Shown: positions 10,072 to 21,465, counted from the first letter of the stretch. The stretch: DNA of 64,000 nucleotides from Akkermansiaceae bacterium (GCA_051251915.1 JBPOGF010000005.1:32001-96000); one strand, 5' to 3'. Program-made: numbers and translations. The notes: generated from the letters alone by a model not told the origin.

Positions 10072-12066
10072 ATGATTTTTCGTCTACTTCTCATTTCAGT
10101 TCTCTTCAACTTTCAGGCTTATGCGGCTGATAAGGTATTGGTCTCGTGGCATGATTTTTCCGCGGGGTTTCAACTTTATCTTACATCTGGCACGGCAAAA
10201 GGGTCTACTTCTACGTTTCAAAGTGTAACGGGGAAAATGTATGGGGGTAAGGGTAGCAGGGATACTTGGGGATCTACTGATGGGACTTATGGATCTACTG
10301 AGCCTGTGGGATCTGTGGCTGCTGATGGAGTGATGGCTCTGCGGACGAATGGGAATAATCTGGATTTCACGATTACGAATGGTGGTAAGCGGAGCCTTTA
10401 TCTGAGTGAGATTGTGTTCGATTATGCGAGTATTAGTCCAAATGCGCCGAGTGAGTTTGAGCTCTATTATCTTTCTGGCGGGTTAAGTGATGCGAATAAT
10501 ACGTTGCTGCAGGCTTTTCCTAATAGTTTGAATGGGCTGGGAGCGGTTACTGATTATCAGGATATTTCTGTTCCTCTGACTGCTCTTAGTGATAGGACAT
10601 TAGCTCCGAATCAGACGGCGACGTTTCGTTTGAGGGCTGTGACTGCTGCTGATCAATATACGGCGATGGCGGTGGATAACATTGCGATCTTGGGTGATTA
10701 TAGCGACTTTGCTGCGTTGACTTATAATATTCATGGCGGTAAAGGGCCGGATGGTGAAGGTACTGTTACTTCGAATCTAACTAGCTTCAGGGATAATTAT
10801 ATGCATGGTGAGGATGTTTTGTGCTTGCAGGAGGTGGATTTTGATAATGGGGAGTGGGATATTATAAAGGGGATTTTTTCTGATTATCCGCATACGTTTC
10901 AGACGATTAATTCTACTACCAAGTACACTGGAGGATGGAGCTTTTTAAACCGCGAAACATCTATTGCGATTCTTTCAAAGCATCCTTTTACGTCTACTCA
11001 TGAGGAATTAGTTCAGATTGATCCAACGGAAGATAAGTGGGAGCGACATGCGCAGCATGTAACGATAGAGCTTGGAGGGGAAACGATCAATTTGTTCAAT
11101 TTCCACAACACGTATAACTTTAATGATAATGATTGGGAGTATGAGAAATCGGGGTTCGTTGCATTTAAGAACTATGTTCTCTCACGTCCTGGGATTAATT
11201 CTGTGACTACGGGTTCAAAGACGATTATGTTAGGGGATTTTAATCTCTTAGTGGCAAATGTAACACCTATCATCAACGCTCCGGCTCATAAGTATAATGG
11301 TCGAGACCATGTGTCTAGTATTCCTTTGTTCGCTCATAGTGGAGTGTATGCTACTTCTAATGCGGATCTTTCTGATCATAATGCGGTATGGGCGGCTATG
11401 GATGTGGTGGCGCCGGCTACTGATGAGTTTCTGTCTACGGCGGTGGCGCTAGGGCCGGATTCAGTGGAGCTTACTGCTGTGGCTAGTGATCCGAATGCTG
11501 TTCAGTATCTTTTTAAGAATAGCAATTACCCTGGTGGCGGTCATAATAGCGGCTGGCAGGACTCATCGGTTTTCGTTGATACTGGGTTAGAACCAGACAC
11601 GGTTTATACTTATACGGTGACGACTCGTGACAAGTCTGCGAATGGGAATGCGTCTGAGCCGTTTACTCTGACGATAGGGCCGATCAGTGATACTGATCCA
11701 CTTCCGGATAGCTGGGAGCAGCAGTATTTCTCGAATCTGTCTAGTTCTTCTGGTGGAGCAAATGAGGATTATGATGGTGATGGAGCAACTGATCTAGAAG
11801 AATATAATGCGGGCACTGATCCTACAGATGCGGAATCTCGGTTTAAGTCTTGGGTAGAGAGTAGTGGGGGAGTAATGACACTGAAGTGGACTTCTGTGGC
11901 TGACCGGACTTATCAAATCCAGAGTTCTGGTGATTTGGTGAATGGGTGGGTGACTGAGCCAACGGTGATCTCAGCGACTGCTCCTACCAACAGTGCTACT
12001 GTAGAGAGCACTGGTGATAAGAAGTTTTTCCGAGTGAAGGTGCTACCTGAAACTGCTAGTCCTTAG
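10072..12066 (+). CDS. Secreted multidomain protein with an endonuclease/exonuclease/phosphatase (EEP) domain, an FN3-like segment and a DxDxDG-containing C-terminus
   Basis: LTYNI, CLQEVD, LGDFN, LSDHNAV; GLEPDTVYTYTV; DYDGDGATDLEEYNAGTDP. Confidence 0.8.
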   Translation: MIFRLLLISVLFNFQAYAADKVLVSWHDFSAGFQLYLTSGTAKGSTSTFQSVTGKMYGGKGSRDTWGSTDGTYGSTEPVGSVAADGVMALRTNGNNLDFTITNGGKRSLYLSEIVFDYASISPNAPSEFELYYLSGGLSDANNTLLQAFPNSLNGLGAVTDYQDISVPLTALSDRTLAPNQTATFRLRAVTAADQYTAMAVDNIAILGDYSDFAALTYNIHGGKGPDGEGTVTSNLTSFRDNYMHGEDVLCLQEVDFDNGEWDIIKGIFSDYPHTFQTINSTTKYTGGWSFLNRETSIAILSKHPFTSTHEELVQIDPTEDKWERHAQHVTIELGGETINLFNFHNTYNFNDNDWEYEKSGFVAFKNYVLSRPGINSVTTGSKTIMLGDFNLLVANVTPIINAPAHKYNGRDHVSSIPLFAHSGVYATSNADLSDHNAVWAAMDVVAPATDEFLSTAVALGPDSVELTAVASDPNAVQYLFKNSNYPGGGHNSGWQDSSVFVDTGLEPDTVYTYTVTTRDKSANGNASEPFTLTIGPISDTDPLPDSWEQQYFSNLSSSSGGANEDYDGDGATDLEEYNAGTDPTDAESRFKSWVESSGGVMTLKWTSVADRTYQIQSSGDLVNGWVTEPTVISATAPTNSATVESTGDKKFFRVKVLPETASP

Positions 12067-12787
12067 CGAGATCCTTGATCTTGATGTTTCTGAAAGAGAC
12101 TACGTCGCCGTGGTCTTGGAAGCAGATGTGGCCTTTGGTGGGCTTGCCGAACTGGGTGAATGGGGCGAATTTTGTGGCGGCTACTTTGGTATTCCATTCT
12201 TTTGAGCCTTTGACGTATTCGACGAGTTTCTTGCCATTGATGAAGTGCTCGCACTTCTCTGGGGTGATGATGACGTGCATGGTGTTCCATTCGCCGGCTG
12301 GGTTTGTGGCGTCGATTTTGGAGTCGTAGAGTCCGTAGAGCCAGCCGGATTTTTGTGGGTCATGGCCGTCAACGTTGTCGATGATCTGGACTTCTGGGCC
12401 GGTCTGCCATGGTTTTTCTTCGATTTCTTGGACGTGGTACATGAGGCCGCTGTTGCCTTCTTTAGATACCATGTAGTCGAACTGGATTTCGAAGCTGCTG
12501 TATTGCTTCTTGGTCATGAGGTAGCCGCCGCCTTTTGCGATGAGGGTGACGACGCCGTCTTTGAGTTGCCATTTAGGTCCTACTGCTTTTTTCTTGTAGA
12601 CTCGGAAGTTAGAGAGGTCTCCGGAAGCGAGTAGATCAACCCAATTGGATTCTGTAGATGCTTCTGTTTTGGTGGTGGAGTCTGCTTGGTCTGACTGATC
12701 TGGTGACTTGGCTTCGCAGCTGGTGAAGACTCCTGTAGCTAGGAGTGTGGGGACGATGAGTTTGAGGTTTTTGGTATTTTTGAACAT
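12056..12787 (-). CDS. DUF1080 / 3-keto-glycoside hydrolase family lipoprotein
   Basis: GNSGLMY, GPEVQIID, GEWN, GHICFQDHG..VSFRNIKI; lipobox FTSC. Confidence 0.9.
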   Translation of the reverse strand: MFKNTKNLKLIVPTLLATGVFTSCEAKSPDQSDQADSTTKTEASTESNWVDLLASGDLSNFRVYKKKAVGPKWQLKDGVVTLIAKGGGYLMTKKQYSSFEIQFDYMVSKEGNSGLMYHVQEIEEKPWQTGPEVQIIDNVDGHDPQKSGWLYGLYDSKIDATNPAGEWNTMHVIITPEKCEHFINGKKLVEYVKGSKEWNTKVAATKFAPFTQFGKPTKGHICFQDHGDVVSFRNIKIKDLAKD

Positions 12788-12821
12788 GGTGTAATTTAGA
12801 TCATGGAGGAATTAGATAAAG

Positions 12822-12855
12822 AAAAAACGTTACAGATCTGGCTGATCTGTAACGT
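12822..12855 (-). terminator. Rho-independent terminator after the protease pair
   Basis: Perfect 12-bp IR acgttacagatc/gatctgtaacgt (12827-12855); the A-run at 12822-12827 gives a U-tract on the minus strand. Confidence 0.8.
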
Positions 12856-12892
12856 CGGTAATTGAGTTTGCTGGTGAGTGTTTAGTAATTAT

Positions 12893-13984
12893 CTACTGCG
12901 GGATGGTTTTGAGCATTTCTTGGTAGACTTTTTGGGCTTCTTTGGCGGGGATGGCGAAGCTTTCTGCTCGGTTAGCTCTGGCGATGTTGATACCAACTGC
13001 TTTTCCGGCGAGGTTGAGGAGTGGGCCGCCCATCTGGCGTGAATTTTGGTCGATGTCATGCTGGAGTGCCATGGGGAAGCTGTTGCGGCGTTCTGAGAAG
13101 TCACCGCTCATTTGGTCGTTGCGGTTTTGTACTTTTTTGGCTTCGCCTTGGACTTCCTTGCGTGGTTTGAGTTCCATCTTTTGCTTGAGGGTTTTATCAG
13201 CGCGTAGGAATTCTACTTCGACGAAGTCGCCAGGTTGTTTTTCGCGGATGATGTCGATAATTTGTTCACGCTTGGTTACTTCTAGTCCGTCAAATTTCTT
13301 AATGATGTCGCCTTTAAGGATGCCGGCAGCTTCTGCGCCTGAGTCTTTGGCGACGTTGGTGATTTCTATTCCGCTTTCGTCATCTTTTTCTAGGAGGCCG
13401 ACGCCGAGCATGACGGGTAGGTCTCCTTGGATTTCGCGAGCGTGGGCGCTGATGATGCCGACGTTGACTCTGCGTCTGGATTTGCTTGAGGATCCATTGG
13501 TGACGACCCATGTGCCTTGTTCGATGTCTGTGGGGGATGCCCATTCAACAGGGGTAAGGTTTTTGGCATCAATTTTGAGGATGGCGAGGTCCCATTCTAT
13601 ATCTGATGCGAGTAGGGTGACTTTGGCGTATCGGTCGGTGTCGATGATTATTTTGAGGCCTTGTTTGAGGGTGCTTTTCTTGGTCTTGGGGTCAAAGAGG
13701 AAGAGCTCGCTGCGCTTGGTGAGGATGTAGCCGTCACTGCTCATGATGACTCCGTAGCCGATGGGTCTGGTGCCTTTATAGATGGCTGCGCTGCTCTGCT
13801 GTAGGACGGCGCGCTGAGTCTCGAAGGCGGCTTCTACTTGCTTGCCATTCATGCGCAGATCACCTGAGAGTGAGGACTGGCCGAGGGCGGGGATCTGGCT
13901 GCAGGAGACGAGTCCAAGGCAGAGGATGCCCATGGCTAGGCTGCTGCTTTTGATGCCTTTTGTGGAGAAGTGGTGAGTGTACAT
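12893..13984 (-). CDS. HtrA/trypsin-like PDZ protein with degenerate catalytic residues
   Basis: GVIMSSDGYILT, DLAILKI, internal PDZ (SGAEAAGILKGDII); QMGGPLL in place of GDSGGPL. Confidence 0.8.
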   Translation of the reverse strand: MYTHHFSTKGIKSSSLAMGILCLGLVSCSQIPALGQSSLSGDLRMNGKQVEAAFETQRAVLQQSSAAIYKGTRPIGYGVIMSSDGYILTKRSELFLFDPKTKKSTLKQGLKIIIDTDRYAKVTLLASDIEWDLAILKIDAKNLTPVEWASPTDIEQGTWVVTNGSSSKSRRRVNVGIISAHAREIQGDLPVMLGVGLLEKDDESGIEITNVAKDSGAEAAGILKGDIIKKFDGLEVTKREQIIDIIREKQPGDFVEVEFLRADKTLKQKMELKPRKEVQGEAKKVQNRNDQMSGDFSERRNSFPMALQHDIDQNSRQMGGPLLNLAGKAVGINIARANRAESFAIPAKEAQKVYQEMLKTIPQ

Positions 13985-14011
13985 ATGGGAAATTGTTGGG
14001 TTGGTGAGTGT

Positions 14012-15112
14012 TTATCTGGCGCCGAGGTTGAGTTTGAGCTCTTTGGTTTTTCCGCCATCTTTTTTGATCACTGTGAGGGTGATGTCATCGCCACTTGATT
14101 TGCTTTTCATGAGGGTGACGAGTTCGGCTTCTTTGTTGATTTCCTTGCCATTTATTTTGGTAAGGATGTCGCCGATTTTGATTCCGGCTTTTCCGGCTGA
14201 GGATCCTTTTTCGACGTCGGTGATCTTGAGGCCGTTGTCGATTTCTTCGACTGCGATGCCGATGAATCCGCTGCCTAGGATTGGTTTTTTGGCAAATGGT
14301 CCTTCGCCGATGAATTCACCCTTTTTCATGGTGTCCCAGTGGGTGTGGAAGACGTGGATGGGGACGTGCATGTTGACATCGGTGACGCCACCTACGCGGC
14401 TGTGGATGCCGATGAGGGTGCCATTCATGTCAAATAGTGGTCCGCCTGAGTCTCCGCCGATGAGGGTGCAGTCTGACTGGATGGTATTTTCTGCGATTCT
14501 GACGAGTCTGCCAAGCCTGAGGCCGCTGCCGCGCTCTTTGTCGAATCCGCCTGAGTGGCCGAGTGAGAAGACCCAGTCGCCCAGTTTGGTGCTGGCGCTA
14601 TCGCGGTCTTTGGCGGGCTCGATGTTGACGTAGGGGAACTTGCCTTTTTCGGTGATTTGGATCATGGCGGCGTCGTTTGTAGAGTTGAGGCCTAGGCTGC
14701 GGGCTTTGTATTTCTTTCCGTCTTCCATGATGACTGTGAGCTCTTGGTTGACTCCTGCACTGACGTGAGCGGCGGTGAGGACGAGGCCATCTTCGGAGAC
14801 GATGACTCCACTACCTGAGCCCTGAGCGAGCTGGATACAGACGGTGGCTGGTCTGACTTTGTCTGTGCTTTTCTGGAGGAGTGCTTGGATGGTGGCGAGG
14901 TCTTCTGCGTCTGGTGCTTTTTTGTCGTTAAAGTAGGGGCGATCTGGCGGGGTGTGCTGGCTAGTCTGGATGATATTTTCTACCGGCTTCTGAGCGGTGG
15001 CTGTGCAGGCGAGTGTGACTCCACTGGTGAGGGCGATGAAGAGCCTTAGGCTGCTGCGCAGTCCGAGGGGGGATTTGGTAGTTGAGGGGTTATGAAAGTT
15101 GTTGTGCATCAT
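14012..15112 (-). CDS. HtrA/DegP-like serine protease with C-terminal PDZ
   Basis: GSGVIVS..GLVLTAAHV, GGDSGGPLF, C-terminal PDZ. Confidence 0.92.
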   Translation of the reverse strand: MMHNNFHNPSTTKSPLGLRSSLRLFIALTSGVTLACTATAQKPVENIIQTSQHTPPDRPYFNDKKAPDAEDLATIQALLQKSTDKVRPATVCIQLAQGSGSGVIVSEDGLVLTAAHVSAGVNQELTVIMEDGKKYKARSLGLNSTNDAAMIQITEKGKFPYVNIEPAKDRDSASTKLGDWVFSLGHSGGFDKERGSGLRLGRLVRIAENTIQSDCTLIGGDSGGPLFDMNGTLIGIHSRVGGVTDVNMHVPIHVFHTHWDTMKKGEFIGEGPFAKKPILGSGFIGIAVEEIDNGLKITDVEKGSSAGKAGIKIGDILTKINGKEINKEAELVTLMKSKSSGDDITLTVIKKDGGKTKELKLNLGAR

Positions 15113-15311
15113 GTCAGTCTGGTCTTGTGAGGTAGCGCCTGGGTTTCTTATTAAACGTTACTGAGGGCGGGTTTCGTTCAATATATGGGAGTTTTGATCA
15201 TTTACTATTGCTTTTACTTTAAGCGAGAAGCGGCGGGATGGGGAAGGAAAAAAGCTCGGAGTGGTGGAGGGAAATGCTGGTAATTATTGGCAGATTTGGA
15301 ATAGTGGGGCT

Positions 15312-15722
15312 ATGACCGACGAGATGAAGGAATTATTGGAAGTCGCACGTGAGGCGTGTGATTTGGCGTATGCTCCATATTCTAAATATCATGTAGGAGC
15401 TGCGGTGTTGACGGAGAAGGGGGTGTATAAGGGGGCTAATATTGAGAATGCTTCTAGTAACTTGGGGATCTGTGCGGAGCGGGTGGCGATAGGTCATGCG
15501 CGGATGAATGGAGCGACTGAGATAAAGATAGTGGCGGTGTGCTGTAGGGACGCTGAGATGCGTGATGGTGTGGTGGTGAATAGCTCAGAGACGATGCCTT
15601 GTGGTGGCTGTAGACAGTGGCTATATGAGCTGGCACCTGATGCGGTGGTGGTTTCAAATGGTACAGATGAGGTGATGACGGTGCGTGGATTGTTGCCGAA
15701 TGGATTTACACTTAAACAATGA
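15312..15722 (+). CDS. cdd: Cytidine deaminase
   Basis: AYAPYSKYHVGAA, GANIENAS, CAER, PCGGCRQ; start moved to ATG 15312. Confidence 0.93.
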   Translation: MTDEMKELLEVAREACDLAYAPYSKYHVGAAVLTEKGVYKGANIENASSNLGICAERVAIGHARMNGATEIKIVAVCCRDAEMRDGVVVNSSETMPCGGCRQWLYELAPDAVVVSNGTDEVMTVRGLLPNGFTLKQ

Positions 15723-15737
15723 TTCTAAGATATTTAA

Positions 15738-16667
<930 letters not shown>

Positions 16668-16694
16668 AGCTTAGAGTTAGTGCTAGAGCTCGGA

Positions 16695-17093
16695 CTAAAT
16701 TTTAAACCGGCCTTCTTCTTCAGGGACATTTCTTAGGAAATCAGCGACCTGGAGGAAGAAGGTGTGGAGTGCTGCGGTGGTGTCGGTAGGGATGCCGGCT
16801 TCGTCCATGGCTTCATCCATGAGTTTGACCCAGCGGTCTCTGGCGCGGAAATTGACCTCAAATGCAGCGTGGCGCATCCGAAGTCTGGGGTGTCCGCGTT
16901 TTTCAATATAGGTGGTGTCTGCGCCTATTCTGAATAGTAAGAAGTCTCGTAGGCGTTCTTCTGCACCGGTGAGATCGTGGCTCGGGTACATTGGTCCTAG
17001 GATGTCATCGGTGGGTATCTTTCTGTAGAAGGCGGCGCACATGGCGGTGATGCCTTCAGAGCCAATTTGGTTGAAAATTTCTTGTTCGTTCAT
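16695..17093 (-). CDS. Truncated haemoglobin (group II, trHbO-like)
   Basis: FY...DDILGPMYP; RGHPRLRMRH. Confidence 0.9.
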   Translation of the reverse strand: MNEQEIFNQIGSEGITAMCAAFYRKIPTDDILGPMYPSHDLTGAEERLRDFLLFRIGADTTYIEKRGHPRLRMRHAAFEVNFRARDRWVKLMDEAMDEAGIPTDTTAALHTFFLQVADFLRNVPEEEGRFKI

Positions 17094-17227
17094 GATGAAT
17101 TTAGTTATCAGGATAGTTGATGTAACCCAAAGCCTATTTTAAGCAAAGTATAATTGCAATGCAGATGCAGTGGTGCTAGCAATGCATTGTCGTTTAATAG
17201 AAGCGCAATTACTTTCCACTAAATTTT

Positions 17228-19897
17228 ATGTCAGATGATCCACAAGAATTCACAAGCTTCGAAGCTCCGCCATTAGAGGAGCTCGATAATCTTTTAGCTG
17301 GTTATCAATTCGAGTCATTTATTGCGCAAGGTGGTATGGGTGCGGTGTATCTGGCGCGGCAGACGTCGCTTGATAGGTTAGTGGCGGTTAAGGTGTTACC
17401 GAGAGTTCTAGGTGAGGATGAGGAGTTCAGAAAGTCATTCCAGACTGAGGCTAAATTGATGGCTAAGCTGAATCATCCTAATCTTATTGGGATCTATGAT
17501 TTTGGGGATATTGACGGGATGCTCTATATTATTATGGAGTTCGTGAAGGGGAAATCTCTGCATCATTCAGCTCATGGGAAGGCGATCAAGCAGGAAACTG
17601 CTGTTGAGATCATCAGTGGAATTTGTTCTGGGCTAGCGGCTGCGCATAAGGAAGGCATTCTGCATCGTGACATTAAGCCGGCGAACATTCTACTGGGTAA
17701 GAGAGCGACTCCTAAGGTGGGAGATTTTGGACTGGCGAGGCCTAGTGGGATGACTGAGTCTGGTGTCATCTATGGTACGCCTGGGTATTCTGCGCCAGAG
17801 GTATTGGGTGCGCCTGAGAAGGTGGATAATAGAACTGATATTTTCGCTGTAGGGGTAATGTTTTATGAGCTTCTCACTGGTCATATGCCTGGTGATACAT
17901 ATGTTACAGTGACTGAGTATGCGGAGGCGGATGCGAGGTTTGACAAGATTATTCAAAAGGCGATTCATGCTGATATTGAGCAACGTCATGATTCAGCACA
18001 GGATTTTGCTGATGATATTAATGAAGTGTTGAACTCTCCTTCCTCGGCGAATCGGTTGCTTGTATCCTCTGGTGTGACGGCTCCTGTAAGAATATCTGTT
18101 CCAAGTGGTATGGGTGGAAATGGAGCGAGCCTGGCAGCTGGAGCTAAACGTCCATCAAGTATGGCTCCTACTTCAGTGGTATCGGTGAAGCAGCCTGTGG
18201 GTGGGGATTCTAAATTGATACGGAATATGGTCGTCATATTTTTGTTGATTGGTGCCATTTATGTGGTCTTGGAAATGAAGGAGACTAAAGAGGGGAAAAT
18301 GGCTGAGGAGCAGAAAGCCAACGATGCGGAATTTGAGAAGAATAAGAAGGAGAATGAAGCACGCAAAGCTGCACATATAAAGGAGAGCGAGGCTAGAGTG
18401 GTTGAGGGTGGATCTAGACCAAGGCCTCTAGAAACAACGGATACTGACTTCACTCCTGAGACTCCTGAGACACCAGCACCAGTTGAGGTGAAGCTTCCTC
18501 CACTTGAGGCACTGGAGAATGCTAAAGAATTTTTGAGTAATGGGGAGAGGCCTATGAGCATGATGCCTGATACTATTTTCATGCGTGACCAGGACTCTCG
18601 CATCATTATGTATGTGGATAAAGAAATGACTTGGGATGAAGCAGACACATGGGCCAGAGAGTATGGTGGCTATCTAGCGGTGTGTAGAACTAAGTCTGAT
18701 CTTAATTTATTCATGAAGCAAATTCCCGCAGACGCTGGTGATGTCTGGTTGGGTGCTGGGTGTAGTGGAGACAAAGGTTGGAGCTGGGTAGATGACACAC
18801 CATGGACAGATGCTGTCAGCATAAAACCTACTTATAACCGATCATTTGCTAAAGTATCTAAGTATGGATCTGTGGGTAAGACGAATGGAGATAAAAAGCT
18901 CACATTTTTCATTGAGTGGAGAGCGGACGGGACGAATCCTGCAGAATTAGAATATCGTTTACTGAGAACTAGCGACACACTCACGGACATCAATCCTAAA
19001 TACCCGGCAGGCACGATCACCGTAGGGGCAAGAAATTATTGTATTGTTAAGACTCCCGTGACGCATTCAGAGGCATCTGATTTCGCGATAGCTTCTGGTG
19101 GTCATCTCATCGCTATCTCAAATGACGATGAGAAATATGAGGTGGAGGCAATGATAGCGAAGTATTGCAAACCAGGAGATGCTATATGGACTGCGGGCGA
19201 GAAAGATGGTAACGACTGGGTATGGCAGACTGGGGAGAAATGGCTGGATCTTCCTTGGGTACCCTCTCATCCTAAGAGTTCGAAGTATGTGGTTATCTCT
19301 GCTGGGAACGAACTGATGATTAAGGACTCGTTTGCGTCTAAGAAGGCGGATGGCTTCATCATTGAGTGGAGTAAAGATAAGTCTAGAGTGAAAGTCGAGG
19401 GGATGGATGATATTGATGTTACTTCACCTGGAGTAAGCAATGGGCTTAGCTCTCTGAAAAGTAAGGCCAAGCTGCTGGTTTCAAAACAGCGTGCGGTCAC
19501 TGAGAAGAAACATGCCTTTAATGTGAAAAAGCTCAGGATCGATTTAGAAACATACATGCGTGGACTTTCACAAAATGTAAAAGCGGCTGAAGCTGTGAGC
19601 ATTGATAAAATCATTCTTATGGTGAAAGATCAACCGCGTGTGCCGCTATCAATTGCTGGTCAGGGGTCATCAGAAAGAGCCAGAGATTACACAAATTATG
19701 CGGTGGAGAAGCAGGCTAGGATTGACCTAGATCATAACGCGCAAATTGAACTACTGAGAACTGGCTACATCAAGCAGCTCCTCATGCTAAAACAAGACAT
19801 GGAGAATAAAGGACAGTCTGATGCAGTGAATTCTATCCTGCAAGAAGCGAGAAATATTGGTGATAGTGTGGCGGAATTTGAGGAATATTTTAAGTAA
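17228..19897 (+). CDS. Hanks-type Ser/Thr kinase with a TM helix and two C-type-lectin-like domains
   Basis: GGMGAVY, VAVK, HRDIKPAN, DFGLA, GTPGYSAPE; TM IRNMVVIFLLIGAIYVV; TWDEA...GGYLA...VWLG...WSWVDD and a second repeat GGHLI...IWTAG...WVWQTGE. Confidence 0.88.
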   Translation: MSDDPQEFTSFEAPPLEELDNLLAGYQFESFIAQGGMGAVYLARQTSLDRLVAVKVLPRVLGEDEEFRKSFQTEAKLMAKLNHPNLIGIYDFGDIDGMLYIIMEFVKGKSLHHSAHGKAIKQETAVEIISGICSGLAAAHKEGILHRDIKPANILLGKRATPKVGDFGLARPSGMTESGVIYGTPGYSAPEVLGAPEKVDNRTDIFAVGVMFYELLTGHMPGDTYVTVTEYAEADARFDKIIQKAIHADIEQRHDSAQDFADDINEVLNSPSSANRLLVSSGVTAPVRISVPSGMGGNGASLAAGAKRPSSMAPTSVVSVKQPVGGDSKLIRNMVVIFLLIGAIYVVLEMKETKEGKMAEEQKANDAEFEKNKKENEARKAAHIKESEARVVEGGSRPRPLETTDTDFTPETPETPAPVEVKLPPLEALENAKEFLSNGERPMSMMPDTIFMRDQDSRIIMYVDKEMTWDEADTWAREYGGYLAVCRTKSDLNLFMKQIPADAGDVWLGAGCSGDKGWSWVDDTPWTDAVSIKPTYNRSFAKVSKYGSVGKTNGDKKLTFFIEWRADGTNPAELEYRLLRTSDTLTDINPKYPAGTITVGARNYCIVKTPVTHSEASDFAIASGGHLIAISNDDEKYEVEAMIAKYCKPGDAIWTAGEKDGNDWVWQTGEKWLDLPWVPSHPKSSKYVVISAGNELMIKDSFASKKADGFIIEWSKDKSRVKVEGMDDIDVTSPGVSNGLSSLKSKAKLLVSKQRAVTEKKHAFNVKKLRIDLETYMRGLSQNVKAAEAVSIDKIILMVKDQPRVPLSIAGQGSSERARDYTNYAVEKQARIDLDHNAQIELLRTGYIKQLLMLKQDMENKGQSDAVNSILQEARNIGDSVAEFEEYFK

Positions 19898-19949
19898 TAC
19901 CAGTCCGCCATTTGTCTAATTTGTTTCACTACTTTGCATAAGAAAGTGT

Positions 19950-21167
19950 CTAAGTGAACTTTCTCTGTTTCTCGTATACTAGTAGCGGGTCTGCTGGCTC
20001 GCGTTCACCACAGGTGCGGGAGACTAGCTTGTCCCAGACATCTGCACCGCTGAGGATGTCCACTTCTATTCTTAAGAAGTAAACTTCTACATCGAGTTCA
20101 GTAGGCCTTAGGAATCTAACGGCATCTTTTTCAGTGGTAACAATGAAGTCTGCATCTCGTCTCATGCAGCGGGTCATGAAGCGGTCAATGTCATCTTGGG
20201 AGAAAGAGTAGTGATCTGAGAAGGTGCGGTGGAATAGGACTTTTGCTCCTAGGTCTGTGAGTTTCTCTTCAAAGCTTTCAGGGACAGCAATGCCGCTAAT
20301 GGCGGCGAGATATTTATCTTTGAGAAAACTTAGAGGTTGAATCTCACCGGTGAAGACATTTTCTAGATGCACGGGGCCATGTGTGCATTCGATGATCTCA
20401 GCCACTTTATTGTGTTTGCGGATCTTTTTGATCAGCTCTTTATTGTGCGGTTTTCTGCATTTAGTAATGAAAATATAATCCGCTCTGCATAAGTTTCTAG
20501 GAGGCTCTCTGAGTGTTCCTCTGGGCATCATTGTCCCGGTTCCGAATGGGCTGTTAGAGTCCACTAGGACGATGTCTATACTGTGGGCAATTTTTAGAAA
20601 CTGCATACCGTCATCGAGTAATAGAATATCCGCGTCGAGTTCTTGGATGGCAAATTTTCCGCCCTTCACTCTGTCTTTATCTACGACTACAGAAACATCG
20701 TCTAGATTCTTCGCTAGCATGTAGGGTTCATCACCGGCGTATTGTACTTCTAGTTTTACTCCTTGGCCACAGCTCACCACTTTTGGCATTTCTTCTTCTT
20801 CGATGATCTCGCCATTTTCTTTTCTACGCCACTCCTGTGGAGTCTCTAAGGGTTTGCTTTTGTAGCCTCGGCTTAGGATTGAAACTTTTCTGCCTCTATC
20901 ACGAAGAGTGCGGGCAAACAATTCTACAACTGGTGTCTTACCGGTACCACCCATCGTTATATTACCGATGCTGATCACCATGGTTCCTAGATGAGCTTGT
21001 TTCTTCCAGCCTCGTTTGAATAGGTTTAATCGTAGTGAGACTAGCCCTCTAAAGATCCATGATAAACCACGTAAAAATACGCGCATAAGACTAGCGCGTA
21101 ATCCCTTAGCTCTGCCAAAGATCACGTCTTCTCCCCATTGTTCAAATTCTTTTGATCTTTCACTCAT
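19950..21167 (-). CDS. lpxK: Tetraacyldisaccharide 4'-kinase
   Basis: ISIGNITMGGTGKTP, LSRGY, GDEP, LDDGMQ, PRGTLREP, TTEKDAV. Confidence 0.95.
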   Translation of the reverse strand: MSERSKEFEQWGEDVIFGRAKGLRASLMRVFLRGLSWIFRGLVSLRLNLFKRGWKKQAHLGTMVISIGNITMGGTGKTPVVELFARTLRDRGRKVSILSRGYKSKPLETPQEWRRKENGEIIEEEEMPKVVSCGQGVKLEVQYAGDEPYMLAKNLDDVSVVVDKDRVKGGKFAIQELDADILLLDDGMQFLKIAHSIDIVLVDSNSPFGTGTMMPRGTLREPPRNLCRADYIFITKCRKPHNKELIKKIRKHNKVAEIIECTHGPVHLENVFTGEIQPLSFLKDKYLAAISGIAVPESFEEKLTDLGAKVLFHRTFSDHYSFSQDDIDRFMTRCMRRDADFIVTTEKDAVRFLRPTELDVEVYFLRIEVDILSGADVWDKLVSRTCGEREPADPLLVYEKQRKFT

Positions 21168-21465
21168 GCGCCATCAATATGTGTAAGCTATTTTCAGTTG
21201 ATTGCCAGATTTTATGTATGATTATGTTCGTATCAGCACTCTGAGGGCATTCATCAAGCCTGTGAGCTGAATAAAATTGCATAAAAAATCAAGGTTTTGT
21301 CTAGTCTTCTCTAAAAAATTTGACATAAATTGCATTTGAAATCATCAGATTATGGGGTAAATTCATTGGGTTATGGATCTAATCAGTTTAGGTTCTATGT
21401 TTTTATGGTCATTTTAACGTTTATATTTAATTTTAAAAAAATTTAAACTTTTTTAAAATATAAAG

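Noticed and set aside
12942..14633. + strand ORFs 12942-13730 and 13977-14633
   Set aside because: Antisense shadows of the two HtrA-like genes; no motifs of their own
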